Assembly (NCBI GenBank): GCA_038143065.1
Contig: JAYQLI010000035.1
Location: 2,496,894 to 2,560,893, forward strand
From: Rhodospirillales bacterium
GTDB taxonomy: Bacteria; Pseudomonadota; Alphaproteobacteria; Bin95
Direction: 5' to 3'
DNA length: 64,000 nt
Under the pieces are notes generated by a model. The model was given only the letters and a program-made list of their open reading frames with translations, had not been told where the DNA came from and did no database searches. Within the stretch, counting starts at the first letter, position 1; every line of letters begins with the position of its first letter. Made by a program: the position numbers and the translations under genes. Of the stretch, positions 54,881-64,000 are shown piece after piece.

Positions 54881-55450
54881 TTAGTTTTCCTCACCATCGA
54901 TAATCGAAATCGACAGCCTGACCGCGAAGCCTGCTCTAGTGAGTGCGGCTATATCACGATCACGTCTTTCTGCTCGCGTCGCTTGATCCAAACGCCAAGG
55001 CCCTAAACGGCGTCGTTGTGCGTAGCGTTGAGCTGCTGCGAGCTCAGCGTCTTCATCAGACCTTGAATCGAATTCATCAAGAGCCTGTGATGCTAAATCC
55101 TTTTCGATTCCGCTCGCTGCTAGCTTCGCAAGAGTTTGTCGCTTCGATGCCCCCCTTCGCCGAAGAGCAGCGGCCTTGCCGGCAGCAAAAGCTGCATCAT
55201 CTATGATTTTCAACTGATCAAGCTGAAGCATGGCAGCGGATACTATTTGTTGGGCGGCCTCATTTTCGAGCCCTTTACGGCGTGCACGACGTTCAAGTGT
55301 CCTCTTGATGCGAGCCCTTGGACCACCATATCTATCAAGATAGGCTAAACCAGCACGAATATAGCCCATTAGCTCTCTATTGGGCTTCTCTTTTTCCTGC
55401 TTAAGAGTATTGTCGTTGACAACAGGGCTATCCATGCCTTTAAAGACCAT
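54881..55450 (-). CDS. recX: RecX family regulatory protein
   Basis: YLDRY, IDDAAFA, RRGAS, RYAQRRRLGPWR, LTRAGF (alphaproteobacterial RecX pattern). Confidence 0.85.
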   Translation of the reverse strand: MVFKGMDSPVVNDNTLKQEKEKPNRELMGYIRAGLAYLDRYGGPRARIKRTLERRARRKGLENEAAQQIVSAAMLQLDQLKIIDDAAFAAGKAAALRRRGASKRQTLAKLAASGIEKDLASQALDEFDSRSDEDAELAAAQRYAQRRRLGPWRLDQATRAERRDRDIAALTRAGFAVRLSISIIDGEEN

Positions 55451-55499
55451 TTTTACCTGCGGGTTGCTCTAAGATCGGGGCCCCCGCGTAACCCAGGAG

Positions 55500-56682
55500 A
55501 TGACAGTGACAGACAGTGTCATGCCAACCTACGGCTTGCGCGATATCGCATTCGATAGGGGAGAGGGCGTTTATTTGATTGACACTGCTGGTCGACGTTT
55601 TTTGGATTGTGGTTCTGGTATCGCAGTCACGTCGGTCGGCCATGCTCACCCACATCTTGTGCAGGCTCTTAAAGCGCAAGCGGAGAAGGTTTGGCATACG
55701 TCGAACCTTTATGAGATCCCTGGGCAAAAACAAGCGGCCAAGCGACTAACCGATAACTCTTTTGCCGACTTGGTTTTCTTCTGTAACTCAGGTGCAGAAG
55801 CAAACGAAGCTATGATTAAGATAATACGTAAGGGAATGGCGGCAAAGGGTCATCCTGAAAAGCATCACATTATTACAATCGAAGGTGCTTTCCACGGACG
55901 CACTTTGGGCACCTTGGCGGCGGGCAACAACCCAAAGCATCTTGAAGGTTTTGGCCCTAAAGTGGAAGGATTTGACCACGTACCATTCGGTAACCTAAAT
56001 GCCCTGCGTGATGCGATTGGCCTCTCACTGCTGGTGTAATCATAGAGCCAGTTCAGGGCGAAGGTGGCATCAGGGCAATGGATATTGAGTACATAAAAGG
56101 CGTTCGCGCTGCATGTGATGAATTTGGCATTTTCATGGGGTCGACGAAGTGCAGTGCGGCATGGGCCGGACTGGTAAATTATTTGCCTATGATTGGTCTG
56201 GTGTAAATCCTGATGTAATGGCGCTGGCCAAGGGACTGGGTGGTGGCTTTCCAGTGGGTGCGTGTTTAGCGACGTCAGAGGTGGCAGCTGGTATGGTTGC
56301 AGGGACACATGGATCCACCTTCGGTGGCAATCCTTTAGCTGCAGCGGCAGTTAATGCTGTCCTGGATATTTTATTGGAAGACGGGTTCTTCGAAGAGGTG
56401 AAGCGGAAAGCAAAAATTTTCCGAGATGGTTTAGAGGCCCTGGCGCGGCGGCATCCAGAGGAAATTACCGAAGTTCGAGGCATGGGACTGATGCTAGGTG
56501 CGCGTGTAACGCGACCGAACGGCGAAGTCGTGGCGGCATGTAGGGATGAGGATTTGTTGACAGTACCTGCGGGAGATAACGTGGTTAGATTCCTTCCTCC
56601 GCTGATTATTACTGAAGATGAGATTTCAGAAGTGCTTGGAGCGTTTGATCGTGCTCTAACAGCTTCTGCTAAGGCGGCATGA
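55500..56682 (+). CDS. argD: Acetylornithine aminotransferase, frameshifts at about 56020-56145
   Basis: [71 protein letters not shown]; upstream of argF. Confidence 0.93.
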
Positions 56683-57596
56683 TCGAGGTCCAAGAGGTTA
56701 AGCATTTTCTTGACCTCGCTGAATTCGATAAGGATATCCTATCTAAGATTTTGATATCTGGAGTCCAATCGAAGTTAGGCGAGGCAGACTTGTCGAGTAT
56801 TCTCACCGGCAAGACGGTGCTTATGATGTTTGAGAAGCCATCGACCCGAACTCGGGTATCGTTAGAGACCGCAGTTAAGCAAATGGGTGGTCAAACAGTC
56901 GTTTTGAACCCTGCAGATAGTCAGCTTGGACGAGGTGAGTCTGTTGCAGACACGGCCCGCGTGTTATCGCGGTATGTGGATGCCATTGCGTTACGTACCC
57001 ACGATCACGACAAAATTTTAGAATTAGCAAAATTTTCAAGTGTTCCTGTTGTTAATTTGCTATCAAATTGGTCTCATCCCACACAGTTGATTGCAGACTT
57101 GATAACTCTTTATGAGCGCTTTGGTGATCTCTCCTCGCTTAAAGTTGCCTGGTCTGGAGATGGAAATAATGTTCTCCATTCTTGGATGCATGCAGCAGCA
57201 AAGTTTGGGTTTGAACTTCAGATTGCCTGTCCAGAAGAACGTATGCCTGATGTCGCAGCAGTTAGTTGGGTACGCGAAAAGGGTGCGAATGTTTCAATAA
57301 CTAATGATCCAAAAGCGGCTGTGGCAGGGGCGGATGCTGTCGTGACTGATGTTTGGATTTCGATGGGGGATGAGCAACAAGGTGGAGCTCTCCGAGAGAT
57401 GCTCCAACCATATCGTGTTGATGAAAACCTAATGTCAAAGGCAAAGCCAACAGCAATTTTTATGCACTGTTTGCCCGCAAAGCGCGGACAAGAAGTTACG
57501 GACGCCGTTTTGGATGGCCAGCAGTCCGCAGCTTGGGATGAAGCGGAAAATCGTTTGCACGCAAATAAAGGTATACTTGCCTGGTGCTTAAGCTGA
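56679..57596 (+). CDS. argF: Ornithine carbamoyltransferase
   Basis: FEKPSTRTR, HPTQ, GDGNNV, TDVWISMG, HCLP, AENRLH. Confidence 0.96.
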   Translation: MIEVQEVKHFLDLAEFDKDILSKILISGVQSKLGEADLSSILTGKTVLMMFEKPSTRTRVSLETAVKQMGGQTVVLNPADSQLGRGESVADTARVLSRYVDAIALRTHDHDKILELAKFSSVPVVNLLSNWSHPTQLIADLITLYERFGDLSSLKVAWSGDGNNVLHSWMHAAAKFGFELQIACPEERMPDVAAVSWVREKGANVSITNDPKAAVAGADAVVTDVWISMGDEQQGGALREMLQPYRVDENLMSKAKPTAIFMHCLPAKRGQEVTDAVLDGQQSAAWDEAENRLHANKGILAWCLS

Positions 57597-57600
57597 CTAA

Positions 57601-58566
57601 ATGATCGACCCTACATTAGAAAAACTGAGAGTATTCGGTAGTGATTATGTCTTGCCGTTTCAATTGGTTGAAAGTGGACTTCGTGGACGATTTGTTCGCT
57701 TAGATGATTCTGTAAGTAAGATCTTAGAGCAGCATAAATATCCTGAAGTTCCATCTTTACTTCTTGGTGAGGCGTTAGCTCTTACAGCGATATTGTCGGC
57801 AACGGTTAAGTTTGATGGGAAATTCACTCTTCAGGCTCAGTCCCAAAGTAAAGCAGCTATTCGAACTCTTGTTGCTGACGTGGATACCGACGGACACCTA
57901 AGAGGTTATGTCAGTTTTGATGCCGACGCGATTGCGGATTTAGACTCAAATGCCACGCTCGCTCGCATGTTTGGTGGAGGTTATCTGGCATTCACTGTCG
58001 AGCGAGGTGATGGTGAAGGGCGTTATCAGGGGATCGTGCCGCTAGAGGGTGAAACTCTAGCAGAGTCGGTACATCAGTATTTTAGGCAATCCGAGCAAAT
58101 TCCAACTGGCCTCCGATTAGCGTGTCAAAAAGGTTCAGACGGTCGCTGGTGCGCGGCGGGTCTTTTGGTTCAACGTGTGCCTGAAACTGGTGGAGAGCCA
58201 ATATCGGGTGACAATCATTTCCCAAGGACGGACCCAGAGAATTGGGATCAAGATGAAGGGTATGTGCGCGCTATTGCCTTGATGTCTACCCTAAAAAATA
58301 GTGAATTAACTGAAGATAATTTCTCGCCCGAGAAGCTGCTTTTTCAGCTTTTTCATGAAGATGGAGTGCGCATTTGGGAACCAACATCGATCACGGGTGA
58401 TTGTGCCTGCCCACCCAAGAAATTTCAGGAACTTCTTGCAGGTTTACCTCGCCAAGAGGTGGACGAGTGTAAAATAGATGGGGTCGTAAGTATTACCTGT
58501 GAATTTTGTGGGAAAACGGAGGTTTTTGATGATGCGGCCTTGGATAAAATTTTTAGCGCCAGTTAG
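57601..58566 (+). CDS. hslO: Hsp33 redox-regulated chaperone
   Basis: RGRFVRL, HKYP, YQGIVPL, YFRQSEQIPT, LFHE, CAC...CEFC zinc motif. Confidence 0.93.
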   Translation: MIDPTLEKLRVFGSDYVLPFQLVESGLRGRFVRLDDSVSKILEQHKYPEVPSLLLGEALALTAILSATVKFDGKFTLQAQSQSKAAIRTLVADVDTDGHLRGYVSFDADAIADLDSNATLARMFGGGYLAFTVERGDGEGRYQGIVPLEGETLAESVHQYFRQSEQIPTGLRLACQKGSDGRWCAAGLLVQRVPETGGEPISGDNHFPRTDPENWDQDEGYVRAIALMSTLKNSELTEDNFSPEKLLFQLFHEDGVRIWEPTSITGDCACPPKKFQELLAGLPRQEVDECKIDGVVSITCEFCGKTEVFDDAALDKIFSAS

Positions 58567-59122
58567 CCTCCTCCTACTTCTGGCATGTGGCCATCCCTTG
58601 TCGGGTGTGAAGTCTCAGCCAATAGACTTGCCGGTCTCTCCCTCTTGGCGGGCTGTTGCGGACAGATTGGAAGTAGTGGTACCTCGAGGTCTGCCGATAC
58701 CCGACCCAAAAATATCTTCTCTCATATTTGAGCAACCTTCAGAAACCCTTAATCGATGGGTTCGAGCTCGTATTGAAACTGATAAAAGTACAAGGGGCCT
58801 AATTGTTGCAACCATACAAAAGGCTGAGATGCAGGAACTTAGTTTGCCTCGTAAACAAGGGTTTAGTTCTATCTTTGAATCCAGTCCAAATACCAAGCTC
58901 TCTATTAATTTTTCTATTTCTTTGAAGGCATTTGACTCTGAGAACCAAGAAGCAGGTAGGGTAAATGTTGACGTCCGAGTTGCCTCTGAATTTGTTGATG
59001 ATGGAGGCGAAAAGACACGCTCTTACTGGATGCGATTACTTAGAAGTGCACTGGACAATTTAGATGCCGAACTTGCTCGTCAAATGCCAACAGGCTTTCC
59101 TGATTTTGAGAGGGTGAACTGA
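58529..59122 (+). CDS. Hypothetical lipoprotein
   Basis: MMRPWIKFLAPVSLLLLLACG lipobox; fills the space between hslO and uppP. Confidence 0.7.
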   Translation: MMRPWIKFLAPVSLLLLLACGHPLSGVKSQPIDLPVSPSWRAVADRLEVVVPRGLPIPDPKISSLIFEQPSETLNRWVRARIETDKSTRGLIVATIQKAEMQELSLPRKQGFSSIFESSPNTKLSINFSISLKAFDSENQEAGRVNVDVRVASEFVDDGGEKTRSYWMRLLRSALDNLDAELARQMPTGFPDFERVN

Positions 59123-59126
59123 CAAG

Positions 59127-59933
59127 ATGAGTCTGTTCCTGATAGCGGTACTCGCTCTTGTCCAAGGTCTTACAGAGTTTCTGCCAATTTCATCTTCGGC
59201 CCATTTGGTTTTGACGCGGTGGCTATGGCTAAGTCCCAGCACCGATGCTGCTGCGGGCTTGGCGCTAGATGTTGCACTCCACGTCGGAACGCTAGCAGCT
59301 GTTATGCTATATTTTAGGGGCGACGTTGCAGCGCTCTTCCGTGGTACTCTTCGTTTGCTAAAAGGTCACCAAGACGGTGATGCAAGACTCGCTTGGCTGA
59401 TTTTATTGGCAACCTTGCCAGCGGTCATTATGGGTTTCACGTTTAAAACTGTTATTGAAACAAGTCTTCGTGGTGTTGAAGTTATAGCGTGGACCACGCT
59501 TATCTTTGGCATCCTTCTTTGGATAGCAGACCGGACATCTACGAATAAGAAAATTTCCGATCTTGATTGGAAGAAGGCACTGCTGGTCGGGGTTGCTCAG
59601 GCATTTGCTTTAGTGCCTGGTGTAAGCCGTTCAGGTGTTACAATTACAGTGGGAAGATGGTTAGGTATGGGCCGAGAGGAGGCTGCCAGGTTCGCATTGA
59701 TTTTATCCTTGCCGACAATCACTGGTGCAGCAGTTCTATCAGCCTTCGAGCTGGATACTGAGATTGCTTTAGGTTTATTGCAAAATGCAGTGGTCGGCGC
59801 TTTCATCGCTTTTATAGCAGCCTACATAGCTATTTCTCTGATGATGGCCTGGCTTCGAAAAGCGACCTTTATGCCTTTTGTTTTCTATCGGATCGCATTA
59901 GGCGTGGGCCTATTAATAGCTGTCTATTATTAG
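59127..59933 (+). CDS. uppP: Undecaprenyl-diphosphate phosphatase
   Basis: VQGLTEFLPISSSAH, HVGT, ALVPGVSRSG, AARF. Confidence 0.95.
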   Translation: MSLFLIAVLALVQGLTEFLPISSSAHLVLTRWLWLSPSTDAAAGLALDVALHVGTLAAVMLYFRGDVAALFRGTLRLLKGHQDGDARLAWLILLATLPAVIMGFTFKTVIETSLRGVEVIAWTTLIFGILLWIADRTSTNKKISDLDWKKALLVGVAQAFALVPGVSRSGVTITVGRWLGMGREEAARFALILSLPTITGAAVLSAFELDTEIALGLLQNAVVGAFIAFIAAYIAISLMMAWLRKATFMPFVFYRIALGVGLLIAVYY

Positions 59934-60910
59934 AGGTCGGCTGGATTAACCTCGCGTTCTAGTGATTCCCCGTTTGCATAACGCTGAATATTCTCAAGGA
60001 ATAGGGTATCCCACCTTGGACGTACTCCATCTCCTCCGAAAGAGGTGTGGGGGGTTAGCCGTACGTTTGGATGAGACCAGAATGGGTCCTCTTTTGGGAG
60101 GGGCTCCGTATGGAATACGTCTAATACAGCTGTAGAGATAATCCCCTTATCTAAAGCTTGAAGAAGTGCTGAGTCCTCAATTACGCCTCCGCGTGCAATG
60201 TTTACCAAGATTGCTCCAGGCTTCACAGCATTTAAGAAATCTTGATTGATCATCCCTCTCGTTTGGTCATTCAGTGAGCAAGCAAGAAGTATTATATCCG
60301 CCTCGGATGCAAAGCTTATGGCATCATCTTTGCTTCCCGCTCTATCTATGAAGGCGTCCTTTTGGGGTGAGCGCCGGATTACCGAAATGTGCGAACCAAA
60401 TGCCTTAGCTCGTTCGGCAACCGCGCTTCCAATTGGGCCATAGCCAAAGATAAGCCACTTCATTTTTGATAGTTCGCGAAACGGTGTGATTTTCCAAACG
60501 CGCTCAGCCTGCTGGTCTTGCTGCAGTTGTATGGGATGGGTCAATGATAACACCTGGGCCATTGTGTATTCAGCAATAGCAATACCTTGTGCGCTGGAAT
60601 TACATATCCGAACGCCTTTAGCTGCAATTTGATTGTAAGCGGGGGCATCTAGTCCGGCATTAAACGTTTGAAGGACGTCTAACTGTTTCATATCTAATGC
60701 AACCTGAAACCCCATCGGAAGTAATCCTTCAGAGCTCAGGTGCTGTGAAAACCAGAGGTAGTCAGCCTCAATTTCTGATGCTGAAGTAGTGCCGTTATGA
60801 AACTTTCCGTCCTGGTCGAAGGTTATAATTTCTAAATTAAGCCCAAGCGCATTAAGACGCTCGCCAATATGCTCAAGTGACTTCTCATACATGGCAAGGC
60901 GAACAGTCAT
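59930..60910 (-). CDS. D-2-hydroxyacid dehydrogenase family protein
   Basis: AGLD, IAEY, GYGPIG, VNIARG, LDVFHTEPLP, TPH. Confidence 0.9.
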   Translation of the reverse strand: MTVRLAMYEKSLEHIGERLNALGLNLEIITFDQDGKFHNGTTSASEIEADYLWFSQHLSSEGLLPMGFQVALDMKQLDVLQTFNAGLDAPAYNQIAAKGVRICNSSAQGIAIAEYTMAQVLSLTHPIQLQQDQQAERVWKITPFRELSKMKWLIFGYGPIGSAVAERAKAFGSHISVIRRSPQKDAFIDRAGSKDDAISFASEADIILLACSLNDQTRGMINQDFLNAVKPGAILVNIARGGVIEDSALLQALDKGIISTAVLDVFHTEPLPKEDPFWSHPNVRLTPHTSFGGDGVRPRWDTLFLENIQRYANGESLEREVNPADL

Positions 60911-61125
60911 TGGTTGTAAGCTCCAAAATTTGGTTCAAAATTAACTGCTAATGAGTTTTGCGGCTGAATAAATGGTCGTCAAATCGCAAAGATTCAACGC
61001 ATATTGTCCTGAAAAGCCAAAAGCGAAAAACATACTTTAAGCTAAAATTTTAAGTCGGAAACCCCTGGTATGTTAGGGGAAATAGATTGATGTTTTGGTA
61101 ATGAATTAAGTTTGAAATGCAGTTG

Positions 61126-61867
61126 TTAGGGCCGCTCGGTTTCTAAGTCGTAACCTCTTCGCGAGATTATAGACTGCGCTTTAGGTGATTTAAGGAAATT
61201 TAAAAACGCTATAGCCCTGGGGGAGGCGTTAGCAATCAAAACAGCATCCTGAGTAATGGGTTTATAAAGGCTTTGGGGTAATCTCCAAAAATTACCTTCG
61301 GTGCTTAAAAAGGGCCTGAGCCTCAGATACGAGGGCGTATTCTGCTGTGCCCGACCAAGCAAATTGGAATGCTTGAGTGACACTTTTCCCCCTAACGAGC
61401 TTGTCGGAGAGATTTGGCATTACGCCAAGGGCAGAAATGGCCTCAATCGCTGCAGAGCCATAGGGAGCGGTTGAGGGATTGGCGATAGCAAGGCGTTCGA
61501 AAGAGGCGGAGCGAAGCGTGAGATTATTTGGTTTGGTATTATTTCGTGTGAAAAGTACTAAACGGCCCACGGCATAGGTAAAACGACTGCCTTTTATGGT
61601 TAAACCTTCGGCCTCTAAGCGCTTAGGCCTTACGCTGTCTGCCGCTAAGAGAGCTTCTACTGGAGCTCCCTGCGTTATTTGCAGGTAAAGAGCTCCGGTG
61701 GAACCAATTACCAGTTCAATACTTCCAGTGTTGGCGTCGTTAAAACTTTGAACCAGGGCCTCAGCTGTTTTGGCAAAATTTGCTGCAACTGCAATTTTTG
61801 TAGGTTCAGCAGCAGAAGGTGAACTAAGAACAAAGACTAAAAGTACTGCTGTAATTCGCCCAATCAC
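61126..61867 (-). CDS. modA: Molybdate ABC transporter periplasmic binding protein, one frameshift
   Basis: AVAANF, GSTGALYLQITQGAP, RFTYAVGRL, AIANPSTAPYG, then LYKPITQDAVL..FL.FLKS..II...GY. Confidence 0.9.
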
Positions 61868-63287
61868 AGAACCTTGCCCGGGTTGAAAATACTCTTTGGG
61901 TCGAGTGCTTGCTTAATTCGCCTCATAAGATCCAAATCAAGCGCTGGCTTAAAATACTGCAGTTCCTCTACTTTGAGCTTTCCTATTCCATGCTCGGCTG
62001 AAATAGAGCCTCCCATATCAACTACAATTTCGTGCACGGCGTGGTTTAATTTTTCCCAAAGTCCTAGAAACTCCTCGCGGTCCATGTTCTCAGGCTGGGT
62101 AATATTATAGTGGAGGTTGCCGTCGCCAGCATGACCAAATGCACATATGCGGGAACCTGGGATAGTAGCTTCAACGACTGGCGCTGCACGGTGCATGAAT
62201 TCTGGAATAAGAGAGACAGGCACAGATATGTCATGTTTTATACTGGCGCCTTCAGGAATTTGCCCCTCTACGACTCCTTCCCGAATTCTCCAGAACGCCT
62301 GAGCCTGAGCCTCACTCTCTGCAATTGTGGCGTCGAGTACTAAACCCTTCTCGTACGCCTCTGCCAAAGCCTCCTCAACAATGGTGCGAAGGCCACTGTC
62401 TGCCCGGCCAGCACTCGCACGGAACAGCACGTAGTGCTCATATGGCTGATCAAAAGGGTCGCGACAGCCATGGACGTGTTTACAAGCAAGGTGAATGCCA
62501 AAGCGCTCGATAAGCTCAAAAGCTGATATCTGATCACCCGTTGCTGCCCGCAGTCGTGATAGGAGCTCAATAACACCATTCACATCTCGAACTGCGCAGA
62601 AAACAGAAACTTCATCTTTCGGCTTGGGGAACAACTTACATGTGGCTGCGGTAATTATGCCTAAAGTACCTTCGCCTCCGACGAAGAGATGTTTTAGATC
62701 ATACCCAGTGTTATCTTTCCGCAGTCGTTTGAGATTATTCCAAATTTGCCCGTCAGGCAGTACGACTTCTAAACCCAGCACCAAATCGCGCGCATTGCCG
62801 TAGCGAAGCGTGTTAATTCCTCCAGCATTTGTGGACAGATTTCCTCCTATTTGGCATGAGCCCTCAGCGCCTAGAGAAAGGGGAAATAGCCTGTCATTTT
62901 CAGCAGCTGCAGTCTGAATATTTTGCAGGATACAGCCCGCTTCCACGGTGATGGTGTAATCAAGGGGATCGATATCTCGGATTTTGTTCATGCGCGAGAG
63001 AGAAAGTAAAACCTGACCATCGGGGTGGCGCCGCCACAAAGACCTGTATTGCCGCCTTGGGGTGTGATTGGTATGCCAAACTCAGCACATACTTTTACAA
63101 CGGCAGCAACTTCCTCAGTTGAGCCAGGTTTAACAACCAGAATGGCGGATCCATGATAAAGGCCTCGGGGCTCTACAAGCATTGGGCTGATTGCGTCAGC
63201 GTTTTCAACGAGACCACTAGGTCCGACTACCGCCAAAAGACGAGATGTTAAGTCAGACGAATTAACAGGAGTTGGCGCCTCGGGCAT
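61864..63287 (-). CDS. FAD-binding oxidoreductase (D-2-hydroxyglutarate/D-lactate dehydrogenase-like), one frameshift near 63030
   Basis: PQGGNTGLCGG, SLGAEGSCQIGGNLSTNAGG, RKDNTGYDLKHLF, FGHAGDGNLH, SAEHGIG, FNPGK. Confidence 0.92.
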
Positions 63288-63395
63288 GAAATCAATCCGC
63301 GCAGGTTTGGGTTAGGAGTTAACTTAGAGTTCTAGATTAGAAATGCAACGCTGATCAGTTTTTCTCATTTGAGCCAAATATTGGGCTGTTGCTCG

Positions 63396-64000
63396 TCAGC
63401 TGTGAGAACCTCCCCAAGCAATAAAATAACTATTTAGGAAGTCTGGTTTTCCATATTGCAGTTCTGGACCTCCATTAATCACTTTTACAGCTCCCCGGCT
63501 GCTTTAAGCACTGCATGCGCAGCTGCTGTATCCCATTCCATGGAGCCTCCATAACGTGGATATACATCAGCATCACCGCGCGCAATTAAGCAGAATTTAA
63601 TAGAACTGCCTGCATCGACTTGGTTGGTTACATCATACTTCGCGAGGAAGCGCCGCACATCCGTGGATTGGCCGTATGTACGGCTTAATGCAACAACAAT
63701 GCCCTCCTCTGGAAAGTCTCTAACACTAATATCTTTCCGTTCATCATTTCCAATTTCCATCCAAGCGCCTTTACCTACCTGTCCTGCATACATCTCGTTA
63801 GAGGCAGGCGAATAAACTACTCCTAGCAATGGAAGACCGTCTTCAATGAGTCCAATGTTTACAGTGAATTCTGGGATTTTCTTTAAAAATTCTTTAGTGC
63901 CGTCCAGAGGGTCCACTAACCAGAAGCGTCCACCTGAAATGTCAGGTGAGTTGCCTGCCGCTACCTGCTCTTCCGCAACGATTGGAATGTGAGGTGTTAA
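63396..64000 (-). CDS. cysQ: 3'(2'),5'-bisphosphate nucleotidase CysQ (5' part outside window; frameshift near 63490)
   Basis: FWLVDPLDGTKEF, FTVNI, GSSIKFCLIA.G.ADVYPR, MEWDTAA, then LQYGKPDFLNSYFIAWG in shifted frame. Confidence 0.92.

Overview
A 64-kb chromosomal segment, most likely from an alphaproteobacterium (RegB/RegA, argD-argF-hslO order, long HPF, suhB/MmgR-like sRNA), of moderate GC (roughly mid-40s % by eye). It is densely packed with uncharacterised catabolic oxidoreductases and hydrolases: 2 Baeyer-Villiger monooxygenases, 2 luciferase-like monooxygenases, 2 GMC oxidoreductases, 2 xanthine-dehydrogenase-family Mo subunits, 3 Fe(II)/2OG oxygenases, 3 MBL hydrolases, 3 D-2-hydroxyacid dehydrogenases, 2 thiolase-like proteins lacking the usual acylation Cys, and 4 MFS transporters. 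It also has a tRNA-Arg(ACG) and a housekeeping block at the right end. I see no CRISPR array, integrase, transposase, phage or defence system. Many genes, including argD, cysQ and modA, are split by small indels, often in homopolymers. This looks like long-read error rather than pseudogenisation, so split genes are reported as single CDSs. Best candidates for something new: (i) a leftward cluster (1-9.5 kb) around an Ltp2-like aldolase/DUF35 pair with an amidohydrolase, an LLM and a Mo-hydroxylase; (ii) a 34-53 kb region whose enzymes could form a complete cyclic ketone -> lactone -> diacid -> CoA route; (iii) an sRNA with an upstream palindrome, next to an amidase carrying a tiny coupled partner ORF. 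All substrate assignments are inference.
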